In this document: piece by piece, positions 1 to 10,444 of the stretch
Layout of the letters: the number at the start of each line of letters is the position of its first letter
Numbering within the stretch: position 1 is the stretch's first letter
Origin: Deltaproteobacteria bacterium RBG_16_64_85
GTDB taxonomy: Bacteria > Desulfobacterota > Deferrimicrobia > Deferrimicrobiales > Deferrimicrobiaceae
Direction: 5' to 3'
DNA: 64,000 bases
Assembly (NCBI GenBank): GCA_001798885.1
Contig: MGQW01000086.1
Coordinates: 7,079-71,078, forward strand
Translations under genes and position numbers: made by a program
The notes under the pieces: model-generated
What the model saw: the letters and a program-made list of their open reading frames with translations, nothing else
Told to the model about the DNA's origin: nothing
Databases searched by the model: none

Positions 1-11
1 AAATCTGGTAG
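1..11 (+). CDS. rpsH: 30S ribosomal protein S8, last codons only (truncated by window edge)
   Basis: Reads ..(E)IW-stop (aa atc tgg tag) directly upstream of rplF. S8 typically ends in W and precedes L6 in the spc operon. Confidence 0.6.
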
Positions 12-44
12 GCGGTTCGCGGGTTCCATTTTCGGAGGAATGAA

Positions 45-578
45 ATGTCCAGAATCGGCAAAGTGCCAGTGGTCCTACCTTCCGGGGTGACCGTGCAGGT
101 CCGGAACGGGATCATGATCGTTTCCGGAAAGAAGGGGAAGCTTTCCCGCCCCATCCCCGGTCCGGTGAAGGTGGACATTGCGGAGGGGCGGGTCGTATTG
201 TCGCTCGATTCGGCGGACCGGCGGAACCTGTACGGTATGTACCGGACCTTGGTAGCCAACATGGTCAAGGGCGTGACGGAAGGATTCACGAAAACCCTGG
301 AGATCGTCGGCGTAGGGTACAAGGCGGAAAGCCGGAAGGGAGTTCTTCACCTTTCCCTGGGGTATTCCCACCCCGTCGTTTTTCCCTTGCCGGAAGGGAT
401 CGGCGCCGAGGTGGAAGCCAGCACCGTGATCAAGGTCACCGGCATCGACAAGGAGCTGGTCGGGGAAACCGCGGCCAGGATCCGCTTGCTCCGGAAGCCG
501 GACGTCTACAAGCTGAAAGGGATCCGGTACCGCGGAGAGAGGCTGATCAAGAAGGTGGGCAAGGCGGCCGGCAAATAA
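45..578 (+). CDS. rplF: 50S ribosomal protein L6
   Basis: MSRIGK N-terminus, [29 protein letters not shown]; GGAGG SD. Confidence 0.98.
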   Translation: MSRIGKVPVVLPSGVTVQVRNGIMIVSGKKGKLSRPIPGPVKVDIAEGRVVLSLDSADRRNLYGMYRTLVANMVKGVTEGFTKTLEIVGVGYKAESRKGVLHLSLGYSHPVVFPLPEGIGAEVEASTVIKVTGIDKELVGETAARIRLLRKPDVYKLKGIRYRGERLIKKVGKAAGK

Positions 579-627
579 CCCGGACCCACAAGATTTCAAG
601 GAATCCACAGACGGAGCAGCACGAGCC

Positions 628-996
628 ATGAGCCAGACCCATACGCGGGAAGTTGCACGTCAGAAGCGGAAGGCAAGAGTCCGGACAAGGATCTTCGGAA
701 CCGAGCAGCGTCCGCGCCTCTCCGTTTTCCGGAGCGCGAAGCACATTTACGCGCAGATCGTGGTCGATTCCACGGGATCGACGATCCTGGCGGCGTCGAC
801 GCTCAGCCCGGAAATCCGCGGCGAGATCGAGGGGCTGAAGAAGAGCGAAGCCGCGAAGAAAGTGGGGGAGCTTCTCGGGAGGAAGGCTTCCGAGAAGAAT
901 ATCCGGAGGGTGATTTTCGACAGGAACGGCTTTCTCTACCACGGGCGGATCAAGGCTCTCGCGGAAGGCGCACGGGAGTCAGGCCTGGAATTCTAA
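628..996 (+). CDS. rplR: 50S ribosomal protein L18
   Basis: [41 protein letters not shown]. Confidence 0.98.
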   Translation: MSQTHTREVARQKRKARVRTRIFGTEQRPRLSVFRSAKHIYAQIVVDSTGSTILAASTLSPEIRGEIEGLKKSEAAKKVGELLGRKASEKNIRRVIFDRNGFLYHGRIKALAEGARESGLEF

Positions 997-1028
997 CGCG
1001 TTCGACGCGAGCGTACAGGGAGGAACGT

Positions 1029-1529
1029 TTGAAGAGAGTGAATCCGGAAGGTCTGGAGCTGAAGGACCGTGTCGTTCACATCAGCCGTGTGGCCAAGGTG
1101 GTCAAGGGCGGCCGGAGGTTCTCTTTCAGCGCCGTGGTCGTCGTGGGCGACGGGAACGGGCACGTCGGGACGGGGTTGGGAAAGGCGAACGAGGTCCCCG
1201 ACGCCATCCGCAAGGCGGTGCAGAACGCGAAGCGGGTGCTCGTCCAGGTCCCGCTGGTCAACGGCACGATCCCGTATGAAGTCCTGGGAGAGTATGGCGC
1301 GAGCCGGGTCGTGATCCGGCCGGCCTCTCCGGGGACCGGCGTCATCGCCGGCGGAGGGGTGCGTGCGGTCATCGAATCCGCGGGGATCTCGAACATTCTC
1401 ACCAAATCGCTCGGTAGCAACAATCCCCACAATCTCGTGAAAGCGACCATCCAGGGCTTGCGCCAGCTTCGGACTTCCGACCAGATCGCGGGGACGCGCG
1501 GACCGAAGGAAGAAGAGGCGTCCGCATGA
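1029..1529 (+). CDS. rpsE: 30S ribosomal protein S5
   Basis: [35 protein letters not shown]; TTG start after GGGAGG. Confidence 0.98.
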   Translation: MKRVNPEGLELKDRVVHISRVAKVVKGGRRFSFSAVVVVGDGNGHVGTGLGKANEVPDAIRKAVQNAKRVLVQVPLVNGTIPYEVLGEYGASRVVIRPASPGTGVIAGGGVRAVIESAGISNILTKSLGSNNPHNLVKATIQGLRQLRTSDQIAGTRGPKEEEASA

Positions 1530-1720
1530 GCGGGACATTGAAGATCACGCTGACGCGGGGCCTGAGCGGCCGGCCCGAGTCCCATCGCCGGGTGGTCAAG
1601 GGCCTGGGGCTGACGCGCGTGAACCGGTCTGTAATCCGCAAGAACACCCCGGAAATCCGCGGAATGGTGGAAAAGGTCAAGTTCCTTCTCCGGGTGGAGG
1701 AAACGGGAGAGTCCAGATGA
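1526..1720 (+). CDS. rpmD: 50S ribosomal protein L30
   Basis: [21 protein letters not shown]; lies between rpsE and rplO with ATGA overlaps. Confidence 0.95.
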   Translation: MSGTLKITLTRGLSGRPESHRRVVKGLGLTRVNRSVIRKNTPEIRGMVEKVKFLLRVEETGESR

Positions 1721-2166
1721 AGCTTTCCGATTTGCGTCCCCCAAAGGGGTCCACGAGCGCGAAGAAGCGGCTCGGCCGCGGGCAGGGGTCCGGCCTGGGG
1801 CAAACCTCGGGTAAAGGGCACAAGGGATTGCGCGCCCGCAGCGGAGGCGGCACGAAGCCGGGATATGAAGGCGGGCAGATGCCGCTGCAGAGACGCCTTC
1901 CGAAACGGGGGTTCGTCAACGTCTTCCGGAAGGAATACGCCATCATCCACGTGAAGGACCTGAACCGGTTCGACGCCGGGTCGGTTGTGGACGTCGACGC
2001 ACTCCAGGCCGCCGGCCTTGTCAAGAAGGTCGTGGACGGAGTGAAGCTGCTGGCCGACGGGGACGTTGACCGTCCGTTGTCGGTGAAGGTCGACAAGGCG
2101 AGCCGCGCTGCCGCCGGGAAGGTGACCGCCGCGGGCGGGACGCTGGAGGTGACCGTTCCTTGCTGA
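1717..2166 (+). CDS. rplO: 50S ribosomal protein L15
   Basis: [37 protein letters not shown]. Confidence 0.98.
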   Translation: MKLSDLRPPKGSTSAKKRLGRGQGSGLGQTSGKGHKGLRARSGGGTKPGYEGGQMPLQRRLPKRGFVNVFRKEYAIIHVKDLNRFDAGSVVDVDALQAAGLVKKVVDGVKLLADGDVDRPLSVKVDKASRAAAGKVTAAGGTLEVTVPC

Positions 2167-3467
2167 CCGGCTTCCAGAACATCACCAAGGTCCCCGAACT
2201 CAAGAAACGGATCCTGGTCACCTGCGCCTTGCTGATCGTGTATCGGATCGGCGTCTACATCCCCACTCCGGGGATCGACAACCAGGCGCTCTCCTCGATC
2301 TTCGCGAGCCAGTCGGGAACCCTCTTCGGGCTGATCGACATGTTCTCGGGGGGGGCGCTCAGCCGCTTCTCCATCTTCACCCTCGGGATCATGCCGTACA
2401 TCAGCGCCTCGATCATCCTTCAACTGCTGACCGTCGTGATCCCCCAGCTGGAAAAGCTGTCCAAGGAGGGGGAGCTCGGGCGGCGGAAGATCACCCAATA
2501 TACCCGGTACGGAACGATCGTCCTCTCCATCATCCAGGGGACGGGGATCGCTGTGGGGCTCGAGAGCGTCGGATCGGGCGGCGCGTCCGTAGTCTATCAA
2601 CCCGGCTGGGGGTTCCGGCTGCTCACGGTCATCACGCTGACCTCGGGGACGGCCTTCATCATGTGGCTCGGCGAGCAGATCACCGAGCGGGGGATCGGGA
2701 ACGGCATCTCCCTCATCATCTTCGCCGGCATCGTCGCGAGGTTCCCCAGCGGGCTCGTCCGGACCATGACGCTGATCCGCACGGGCGAAATGCCATTCTT
2801 CATCGGGCTCCTCATCCTCGCTCTTATGGTGGCGGTTGTCGGGCTCATCATCTACTTCGAGCGGGCCCACCGGAGAATCCCAGTGCAATATGCGCGCAGG
2901 ATTGTCGGCCGGAAGGTTTACGGCGGCCAGAGCACGCACCTGCCGCTGAAGGTGAACACGGCAGGGGTCATTCCGCCGATCTTCGCGTCGTCGATTCTTC
3001 TTTTCCCGGCGACCCTGGCCAATTTCATCAACCATCCCGTCACCCAGTCGATTTCCCAGGCGCTGACGCCCGGCAGCTGGGCATACGAGAGCCTTTACGT
3101 CGCCTTCATCATTTTTTTCTGCTATTTCTACACTGCCGTCACCTTCAACCCCGTCGACGTCGCCGACAACATGAAGAAATACGGGGGGTTCGTCCCCGGG
3201 ATCCGGCCCGGGAAGAAGACCGCCGAGTACATCGACCGGATCCTGACGCGCATCACGCTGGGCGGGGCCCTCTACGTGGCGGTCATCTGCGTGCTTCCGA
3301 GCATTCTCATCTCGCGTTTCAACGTTCCGTTCTACTTCGGCGGGACGGGGCTGTTGATCGTAGTGGGGGTGGCCATGGACACGATTCAGCAGATCGAATC
3401 CCACCTGATCACCCGTCACTATGAGGGATTCCTCAAGAAGGGCCAAATCAAAGGGAGGAGGAGCTAA
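2160..3467 (+). CDS. secY: Preprotein translocase subunit SecY
   Basis: [57 protein letters not shown]; multiple TM segments. Confidence 0.99.
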   Translation: MLTGFQNITKVPELKKRILVTCALLIVYRIGVYIPTPGIDNQALSSIFASQSGTLFGLIDMFSGGALSRFSIFTLGIMPYISASIILQLLTVVIPQLEKLSKEGELGRRKITQYTRYGTIVLSIIQGTGIAVGLESVGSGGASVVYQPGWGFRLLTVITLTSGTAFIMWLGEQITERGIGNGISLIIFAGIVARFPSGLVRTMTLIRTGEMPFFIGLLILALMVAVVGLIIYFERAHRRIPVQYARRIVGRKVYGGQSTHLPLKVNTAGVIPPIFASSILLFPATLANFINHPVTQSISQALTPGSWAYESLYVAFIIFFCYFYTAVTFNPVDVADNMKKYGGFVPGIRPGKKTAEYIDRILTRITLGGALYVAVICVLPSILISRFNVPFYFGGTGLLIVVGVAMDTIQQIESHLITRHYEGFLKKGQIKGRRS

Positions 3468-3471
3468 GCCG

Positions 3472-4122
3472 ATGCTGGGAATCATCCTGCTGGGGCCTCC
3501 GGGCGCAGGAAAGGGAACTCAGGCGAAAAGGATCTCCGCGCAGTTCTCGATCCCGCAGATTTCCACGGGCGATATGCTGCGCGAAGCCGTGAAGAACGGG
3601 ACGGAGATGGGACGGCAGGCCAAGACGTACATGGACCAGGGCGGCCTCGTCCCGGACAAGGTGGTCATCGGGATCGTGAAGGACCGGCTGCAGGCGCAAG
3701 ACTGCAGGAACGGGTTCATCCTCGACGGTTTTCCACGGACGATCCCGCAGGCCGAAGCCCTCGAACTCGCGACGAAGGACCTGAAAAAGGAGATCCGCGT
3801 GGTCCTCTCCCTCGAGGTCGACGAGAAGGAGCTGATGGAGCGGCTGTGCGGACGCAGGACCTGCACGGGATGCGGGGCCATGTATCATATAAAGTTCAAC
3901 CCGCCGAAGGCCGAGGGGAAGTGCGACAAGTGCGGGACGGCCCTCATTCAGCGAGATGACGACAAGGAAGAGACGATCCTGTCGAGGCTCGTGAACTACA
4001 AGAAGATGACCGAGCCGCTGCTCCAGTACTACAAGGGAAGCGGCAAGATCCGTTCCGTCCGGGCCACCGGGGACATCGACGCGATCTACGCGAGCATCGC
4101 GAAGATCCTCCAGGTGCCATGA
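3472..4122 (+). CDS. adk: Adenylate kinase (zinc-lid type)
   Basis: GPPGAGKGTQA P-loop, ISTGDMLR, FILDGFPRT, lid CxxC...CxxC. Start placed at ATG 3472 behind GGAGGAG. Confidence 0.98.
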   Translation: MLGIILLGPPGAGKGTQAKRISAQFSIPQISTGDMLREAVKNGTEMGRQAKTYMDQGGLVPDKVVIGIVKDRLQAQDCRNGFILDGFPRTIPQAEALELATKDLKKEIRVVLSLEVDEKELMERLCGRRTCTGCGAMYHIKFNPPKAEGKCDKCGTALIQRDDDKEETILSRLVNYKKMTEPLLQYYKGSGKIRSVRATGDIDAIYASIAKILQVP

Positions 4123-4868
4123 TCATCATCAAATCGCCTCAGGAGATCGAGGCGATGCGGCGCGCGGGCGCCATCGTGGGACAGTTCTTTGAAGAAGTGA
4201 AATCGATGATCCGGCCGGGGAGCACGACGTTCGCCCTCGAGGAGTTCGCAGAGGAGTTCGTGCAGCGGCACGGTGTCAAGGGGGCCTTCAAGGGATATCT
4301 GGGATACCCCGCGATCCTGTGCACCTCCATCAACGAGGAGGTCGTCCACGGGATCCCTTCCAGGAAGAGGATCCTGCGCGAGGGGGACATCGTGAGCATC
4401 GATTTCGGGGTCGTGCGGGACGTCTACTGTGGCGATGCAGCGAGAACCTACGCCGTCGGGAGCATCCCTGAAACCTCCATGAAGTTGATGCGAGCGACGG
4501 AGGTGGCGCTCGAGAGGGCGATCGAGGCCTCCCACCCGGGGAACCGCGTCGGCGACATTTCGGCTGCCGTCCAGGAAACGGCGGAAGGCGCGGGTTTCTC
4601 CGTCGTGCGGGATTTCGTGGGCCACGGGATCGGCCGAATGCTTCACGAGGAGCCCCAGGTTCCCAACTTCGGCGTTCGCGGGACGGGCCCCCGGCTCACC
4701 TCCGGAATGGTCCTGGCGATCGAGCCCATGGTGAACGAGGGGGGATACGAGGTCGAGGTTCTCCCGGACGGCTGGACGGTGGTCACCCGGGACCGCAAGC
4801 GGTCGGCGCATTTCGAGCACATGGTCGCGGTGACGGAAGAGGGCGGTAAAATCCTGAGCCTCCCCTGA
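4119..4868 (+). CDS. map: Methionine aminopeptidase type I
   Basis: CTSINEEVVHGIP, GHGIGRMLHEEP, AIEPM, SAHFEH. Confidence 0.98.
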   Translation: MIIIKSPQEIEAMRRAGAIVGQFFEEVKSMIRPGSTTFALEEFAEEFVQRHGVKGAFKGYLGYPAILCTSINEEVVHGIPSRKRILREGDIVSIDFGVVRDVYCGDAARTYAVGSIPETSMKLMRATEVALERAIEASHPGNRVGDISAAVQETAEGAGFSVVRDFVGHGIGRMLHEEPQVPNFGVRGTGPRLTSGMVLAIEPMVNEGGYEVEVLPDGWTVVTRDRKRSAHFEHMVAVTEEGGKILSLP

Positions 4869-4895
4869 AAACGCGGGAGCGGAGCAAAGGAGAAG

Positions 4896-5114
<219 letters not shown>

Positions 5115-5126
5115 AAGGGGCGAGCG

Positions 5127-5240
5127 ATGAAGGTCAGGCCGTCGGTGCGAAAGATGTGCGCAAAGTGCAAGGTGGTGCGAAGGAAAGGCGTCGTCCGCAT
5201 TATTTGCGAGAATCCAAAACACAAACAGCGCCAGGGATAG
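5127..5240 (+). CDS. rpmJ: 50S ribosomal protein L36 (zinc-ribbon form); not in the ORF track
   Basis: Manual translation [37 protein letters not shown], 37 aa, between infA and rpsM. Confidence 0.98.
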   Translation: MKVRPSVRKMCAKCKVVRRKGVVRIICENPKHKQRQG

Positions 5241-5276
5241 CCGCGGGGCGCCGTCCACGAACGTGAGGAGGAGAAG

Positions 5277-5660
5277 TTGGCACGCATAGCAGGAGTCGAC
5301 ATTCCGAAGAGCAAGAAGATCGTGGCCGCGCTGACCTACATCTACGGCATCGGCCCGACGACCTCGATGAAGATCCTGGAGGAAGCGCGGGTGTCCCCCG
5401 ACACGAGGACGAACACCCTGACGGAGGACCAGGTTGCCCGGATCCGCGACGTCATCGACGCGAATTTCCGGGTGGAAGGGGACCTGCGAAAGGAAGTGTC
5501 GATGAACATCAAGCGGCTCATGGATCTGGGCACCTACCGGGGGCTGCGGCACCGCAAGGGCCTGCCGGCCCGCGGGCAGCGGACCCACACGAACGCCCGG
5601 ACACGGAAGGGACCGCGCAAGGGCGCGGTAGCCAGGAAGAAGGAAGCCCCCAAGAAATAA
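5277..5660 (+). CDS. rpsM: 30S ribosomal protein S13
   Basis: [43 protein letters not shown]. Confidence 0.99.
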   Translation: MARIAGVDIPKSKKIVAALTYIYGIGPTTSMKILEEARVSPDTRTNTLTEDQVARIRDVIDANFRVEGDLRKEVSMNIKRLMDLGTYRGLRHRKGLPARGQRTHTNARTRKGPRKGAVARKKEAPKK

Positions 5661-5705
5661 GCAAGGGAACTTTTTCCCGTGGTGACGCGGGAATCCGGAG
5701 GAACG

Positions 5706-6095
5706 ATGGCAATCCCGAAGAGAAAAGGGAAGAGGAAGGTCCGGAAAAGCGTTCCGGTGGGCGTGGCCCACATCAAGGCGACCTTCAACAACACGATCAT
5801 CACGATCACGGACCCGGACGGGAACACCCTCGCGTGGTGCAGCTCGGGGTCGAAGGGATTCAAGGGGTCGAGGAAAAGCACCCCCTTTGCCGCGACGGTC
5901 GCTGCGGAGGAAGTGGCCAAGAAGGCGATGGAGTACGGCGTCAACACCGTCTCCGTCCACATCAAGGGGCCCGGTTCCGGAAGGGAAGCCGCGTTGCGGA
6001 CCCTCCAGGCGGCCGGCCTGAAGATCAACTATATCCGGGACGTGACGCCGATCCCGCACAACGGATGCCGCCCGCCGAAGCGGCGCCGCGTGTGA
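5706..6095 (+). CDS. rpsK: 30S ribosomal protein S11
   Basis: [42 protein letters not shown]; ATG 5706 after GGAGG. Confidence 0.99.
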   Translation: MAIPKRKGKRKVRKSVPVGVAHIKATFNNTIITITDPDGNTLAWCSSGSKGFKGSRKSTPFAATVAAEEVAKKAMEYGVNTVSVHIKGPGSGREAALRTLQAAGLKINYIRDVTPIPHNGCRPPKRRRV

Positions 6096-6129
6096 ACCAG
6101 GGCGGAACAGAGAAAGAGGAGGACAGGAT

Positions 6130-6756
6130 TTGGCCAGGTATCGCGAGGCGGTATGCCGGCTCTGCCGGAGAGAGGGTATCGAACTCTACCTGAAAGGAGA
6201 CCGTTGCTTCACCGACAAGTGCGCCATCAAGCGGAGGGGATATCCCCCCGGCCAGCACGGTCAACGACGTCCCAAGCACAGCGATTATGGCGTTCAGCTG
6301 CGGGAGAAGCAGAAGGCCAAGCGGATCTACGGGCTCCTGGAAAAGCAGTTCCGGAATGTTTTCGAAAAAGCGGATCGGATGAAGGGCAAGACCGGCGATA
6401 ATCTGCTGATCCTTCTGGAGCGCCGTCTGGACAACGTCGTCTACAAGCTCGGGTTCGCGGTGACCCGGAGGGAGAGCCGCCAGATGGTCCGGCACGGCCA
6501 TTTCCTGGTGGGGGGGCGCAAGGTGAATATTCCGTCCTTCCTCGTCCGCCCCGGGGACGGGATCGAGCTCCTGGAAAAGAGCCGCAAGAACCCTTCCGTC
6601 AACGAGTCGCTGGATGCGGTGGTCCGCAAGGGGATCCCGCCCTGGCTGGAGCTGGACCGGGAGAACTTCCGCGGTTCGGTCAAGGCGCTCCCCAGCCGGG
6701 CGGAGATCAGGGAACCGATCCAGGAACAGTTGATCGTCGAACTTTACTCGAAGTAA
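6130..6756 (+). CDS. rpsD: 30S ribosomal protein S4 (Cys/zinc-containing form)
   Basis: [40 protein letters not shown]. Confidence 0.99.
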   Translation: MARYREAVCRLCRREGIELYLKGDRCFTDKCAIKRRGYPPGQHGQRRPKHSDYGVQLREKQKAKRIYGLLEKQFRNVFEKADRMKGKTGDNLLILLERRLDNVVYKLGFAVTRRESRQMVRHGHFLVGGRKVNIPSFLVRPGDGIELLEKSRKNPSVNESLDAVVRKGIPPWLELDRENFRGSVKALPSRAEIREPIQEQLIVELYSK

Positions 6757-6784
6757 AACCTTCCGGACGGAAGAAGGGGGAAGC

Positions 6785-7792
6785 ATGTTCCAGCGGAACT
6801 GGAAGCAATTGATCAAGCCGCGCCGCATCGAGATTCAGACCGATTCGGCGACCGCCGAGTACGGAAAATTCGTGGCGGAGCCACTGGAAAGGGGATACGG
6901 AACCACCCTGGGGAACGCTCTCCGCAGGATCCTCCTCTCCTCCCTCCAGGGAGCGGCGATTACATCGGTCCGCATCGAGGGGGTCCAGCACGAGTTCTCC
7001 ACAATCGTGGGAGTGGTGGAGGACGTCACCGACATCGTTCTCAACCTGAAGGAGATCCGTCTTCGGATGCACTCGCCCGAGCCCCGCACGATCACCTTGG
7101 GGGCGAAGGGCCCCAAGCGGGTCAAAGCGTCGGATATGCAGGCCGATCCGATGGTCGAAATTCTGAACAAGGACCGCCATATCGCGGAGCTGTCGGAGAA
7201 CGCGACGCTCAAGATGGAGATCTCCGTGCGGATGGGGAAGGGGTACGTTCCCGCGGAGCGGAACCTCGAGGAAAACGCGCCGATCGGGACCATCCCCATC
7301 GACGCCATCTTTTCCCCCATCCGGAAGGTCAATTTCACCGTGACGAACGCGCGCGTCGGTCAGCAGACGGACTACGACCGCCTCCTCCTGGAAGTGTGGA
7401 CCGACGGATCCGTCCTGCCGGCGGATGCGGTCGCCTATGCGGCGAAGATTCTGAAGGACCAGGCGACCGTGTTCATCAACTTCGACGAAGAGGCCGAAAT
7501 GCCGGACGAGCCCGCGCACCTGGAAGCGGGGGCCATCAACGAGAATCTCTATAAGCCGGTGGAGGAGCTGGAGCTTTCCGTCCGCGCCTACAACTGTCTG
7601 AAGAATGCCGACATCAAGTACATCGGCGAGCTTGTGCAGCGGAGCGAGCAGGAGATGCTCAAGACGAAGAACTTCGGGAAGAAGAGCCTGAACGAGATCA
7701 AGGAAGTGCTGCACGGAATGGGGCTCTCCCTGGGGATGAAGGTGGAAAGCTTTGCGCCGGAGAAGTTCAGTCCGCCGAGGGAAGAAGACTAA
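6785..7792 (+). CDS. rpoA: RNA polymerase alpha subunit
   Basis: [52 protein letters not shown]. Confidence 0.99.
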   Translation: MFQRNWKQLIKPRRIEIQTDSATAEYGKFVAEPLERGYGTTLGNALRRILLSSLQGAAITSVRIEGVQHEFSTIVGVVEDVTDIVLNLKEIRLRMHSPEPRTITLGAKGPKRVKASDMQADPMVEILNKDRHIAELSENATLKMEISVRMGKGYVPAERNLEENAPIGTIPIDAIFSPIRKVNFTVTNARVGQQTDYDRLLLEVWTDGSVLPADAVAYAAKILKDQATVFINFDEEAEMPDEPAHLEAGAINENLYKPVEELELSVRAYNCLKNADIKYIGELVQRSEQEMLKTKNFGKKSLNEIKEVLHGMGLSLGMKVESFAPEKFSPPREED

Positions 7793-7818
7793 AACACTCC
7801 ACGACACGAGGAAGCACC

Positions 7819-8376
7819 ATGCGTCACGCGATCGATCACAGGAAACTGGGCCGGAATCCCTCCCATCGGAAAGCGATGTTGCGGAACCTCATGAATTCCC
7901 TGATCCACTCGGAGCGGATCGAGACCACCGTCGCGCGGGCGAAGGAGCTCCGGCGCATCGCGGACCGGCTGATCACTCTCGGGAAGAGGAACACGACACA
8001 CGCGAGAAGGCACGTATTTTCCCTGCTGAGCGACAAGGAGAACACGGAGAAACTGTTCTCCGGCCTGGCAGGGCGTTTCTCGGATCGCGCGGGCGGTTAC
8101 ACGCGAATCGTCCGCACCGGCTTCCGCAGCGGAGACGGCGCGGAGATGGCCCTTCTGGAGTATCTCCCCGTCGAGGAGAAGAAGGCGGGGGCGCGGAAGG
8201 GAAGGAAAAAGAAACCGGTTTTGGGGAAAGAGAAGGCGGCGGCGAAAGGAAAAGCCGTAAAGGCTGCGGCCGGGAAGAAGAAAGCCGCAAAGGCATCGCC
8301 CGGGAAACCCGAAGGGGAGGAATCCCCTCGCAGGAAGGCGTCGAAGAAGAAAAAGCCGGAAGCGGAAAACCCGTAA
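7819..8376 (+). CDS. rplQ: 50S ribosomal protein L17 with Lys/Ala-rich C-terminal extension
   Basis: MRH...RKLGRNPSHRKAMLRNL, IETTVARAKE, GGYTRI, GDGAEMA, then a basic low-complexity tail. Confidence 0.98.
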   Translation: MRHAIDHRKLGRNPSHRKAMLRNLMNSLIHSERIETTVARAKELRRIADRLITLGKRNTTHARRHVFSLLSDKENTEKLFSGLAGRFSDRAGGYTRIVRTGFRSGDGAEMALLEYLPVEEKKAGARKGRKKKPVLGKEKAAAKGKAVKAAAGKKKAAKASPGKPEGEESPRRKASKKKKPEAENP

Positions 8377-8387
8377 GGCGGCAGGGG

Positions 8388-9122
8388 TCAGAAGCCGAGG
8401 CGGTGGAGGAAGTACGGCATCTGCCGTCGCCACCACGGCCAGTCGTGGTTCACGTCGTGTCCCCAGATGTCCACCCAGCACCAGATCTGTTTTTCGTCAA
8501 GAATTTGCTTGAGGGCGAGCGTGTCCGCAAGCATCTCGTCTTCCCACGCCCCTTGTCCTGCGCACACGACGATCCTGCTGTTCCGGTATCGGTCCAGATA
8601 CCAGGGGTCGGCCAGCCCCGGGAGATAGGCGAGGGGCGTATTGAAATAGATGTTGTCGTCCATGTAGTCGCCGACAAACCGGCGGAGCTGGTAGACGCCG
8701 CTCAAGGCGATCAGGGCGTCGAAGAGATCGGGGTGGCGGAAAAAGAAATTCGCCGAATGGTATCCCCCCATGCTGCACCCCGTTGAAAGGAACCGCTTGC
8801 GGTGCCCGCGGTCACGGACGAACGGGACGACTTCTTCCACGATGTAGCGGTCGTATTCATTGTGCCGGCGGGCCCGATCCGCCGGATGGGCCTCGAAGTT
8901 GAGCCAGGATTGGCGATCCAAGCTATCCACGGCGACCAGGAAGATCTTCCCCGCCTCCACGAAGGGCCTGCAGGCTTCCACCATGCCGAAGTCCTCGTAT
9001 TCGTAGAAGCGCCCTCCGGCCGAGGGGAACGCGAGGACCGGTTTACCGCCATGGCCGTACACCTTCAGCTCCATATCCTGGCCCAGGTTCCTGCTCCACC
9101 ATTTGTGGTATTCGACGTTCAT
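8388..9122 (-). CDS. Putative esterase (alpha/beta hydrolase)
   Basis: Starts MNVEYHKWWS; nucleophile elbow GCSMGG, YGHGGKPVLAFPS, C-terminal HDWPWW catalytic His region. Confidence 0.88.
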   Translation of the reverse strand: MNVEYHKWWSRNLGQDMELKVYGHGGKPVLAFPSAGGRFYEYEDFGMVEACRPFVEAGKIFLVAVDSLDRQSWLNFEAHPADRARRHNEYDRYIVEEVVPFVRDRGHRKRFLSTGCSMGGYHSANFFFRHPDLFDALIALSGVYQLRRFVGDYMDDNIYFNTPLAYLPGLADPWYLDRYRNSRIVVCAGQGAWEDEMLADTLALKQILDEKQIWCWVDIWGHDVNHDWPWWRRQMPYFLHRLGF

Positions 9123-9144
9123 GCGGGTTCCTGCGGGATTCGTC

Positions 9145-10308
9145 TCACTTCGTCTCGTGGATGAAACGGGCAACCTCAAGAATTTCCTCCAGGCTCGCGG
9201 AGCGCGCAAGGTAACCGCAATCTCCGATTGCGGCCCGGAAAACGGAGTGGATCTCCTCGTAATGCACGATGCAATGTCCGAACGCGGCAAGGATATCCCC
9301 GTGGCTGCGTGTGTAGCTTTTCCCGCGTTTCCTGCCGATATAGCCGCAATGGTAGGGGCGGCTGGCGGTAGCGGTAAATTCGTTGCGCACCACGACGCTT
9401 GCCCACTGGTGGTAGATATCGATGTCGTTCGCGTAGTTGAACATGTCCGTGGTCAAACCTCCCGGGGGACGCAGGTTGACCTCCAGGGCGACGATGCGCG
9501 CATCCCGGTTTGTCCGGAAGAATTCGAAGTGGAAGAAACGCTCCCGCACGCCGAACGCCTTCAGCACGCACCGGCCGGCCGCCTCCAGGTCCGCGGGGAT
9601 CTTCCTGAGGGAGTAGTAGTAGAGATGCTCGTCGTTGTTGACCGCTTCCATGACCCCCTGACTGTAAGCGTGGGCAGCGTAGAACACCAGGTTGCCGTCC
9701 TTGTCCGTGAGACCGTCGAAGGAGTAGATCCGCCCGTCGATGAACTCCTCCAGGAGGTAGTCCGTCGGCGGTTTCCGTGAGAAGAAACGCTCGAGCTCCG
9801 CTTCGCACGTTACCTTGTAGGTCGCGATGGCGCCGACGCCGACGTCGGGCTTGGCGACGATGGGGTAGCCCGTCTCCCTCGCGAACCGTTTTCCTTCTTC
9901 CACGGTGCGCGCGATGACGCCGCGTGCGACCGCGACCCCCGCGCTTCGGAACATGGCTTTCATCCGGGATTTCGATTTGACGGAGGCGATGTCCTCCCTC
10001 CGGATCCCGAACAGGTTGAAATCCGTGCGGAGACGGGCCTCCGTCTCCAGCCAGTACTCGTTGTGCGAGTCGATCCGGTCGAGTTTCCCGTGCCTCTGGG
10101 TGAAGTAGCCGCAGCCCCGGAGGAGCTGGTCGTAATTGTGCAGGTCGTCCACCCGGTAGTAATCGCACAGGGCCTCTCTCAACTCGGGGCGCAGCGAGTC
10201 GTGCGGCGGATCCGCAAGCCCCAGCACGTTGGCGCCGAGGCGGCGAAGGTGGACGCAGAAGAGGTAATAATTTGGGGGAAAATGGGGGGATAGATAGATA
10301 AAATTCAT
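9145..10308 (-). CDS. ATP-grasp domain protein of unknown substrate
   Basis: Starts MNFIYLSPHFP; KSKSRMK, GYPIVAKPDVGVGA, LLEEFIDG, FFHFEFF, LEVNLRPPGG are ATP-grasp motifs. Confidence 0.88.
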   Translation of the reverse strand: MNFIYLSPHFPPNYYLFCVHLRRLGANVLGLADPPHDSLRPELREALCDYYRVDDLHNYDQLLRGCGYFTQRHGKLDRIDSHNEYWLETEARLRTDFNLFGIRREDIASVKSKSRMKAMFRSAGVAVARGVIARTVEEGKRFARETGYPIVAKPDVGVGAIATYKVTCEAELERFFSRKPPTDYLLEEFIDGRIYSFDGLTDKDGNLVFYAAHAYSQGVMEAVNNDEHLYYYSLRKIPADLEAAGRCVLKAFGVRERFFHFEFFRTNRDARIVALEVNLRPPGGLTTDMFNYANDIDIYHQWASVVVRNEFTATASRPYHCGYIGRKRGKSYTRSHGDILAAFGHCIVHYEEIHSVFRAAIGDCGYLARSASLEEILEVARFIHETK

Positions 10309-10318
10309 CGTTTTATGA

Positions 10319-10347
10319 AAGGTAACCCCGCAGTTTTCATCCGTCAA
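10319..10347 (-). promoter_or_regulatory. Putative sigma70 promoter for the ATP-grasp/esterase pair
   Basis: Minus strand TTGACG (10347-10342), 17 nt spacer, TACCTT (10324-10319). Confidence 0.55.
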
Positions 10348-10374
10348 GTCAAGCCCACGATGGACAGATTCCGC

Positions 10375-10403
10375 TTGACGCTCGGGGAATGCGTCCCTAT
10401 AAT
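10375..10403 (+). promoter_or_regulatory. sigma70 promoter of the fur-feoB operon
   Basis: TTGACG (10375-10380), 17 nt spacer, TATAAT (10398-10403); near-perfect consensus. Confidence 0.85.
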
Positions 10404-10422
10404 GAAAATGAAAATCATATTC
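10404..10422. promoter_or_regulatory. Fur box overlapping the predicted transcription start
   Basis: GAAAATGAAAATCATATTC matches 15/19 of the classical GATAATGATAATCATTATC and lies just upstream of fur and feoB. Confidence 0.85.
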
Positions 10423-10444
10423 AATATGGAGTCCATCCCTTCCC

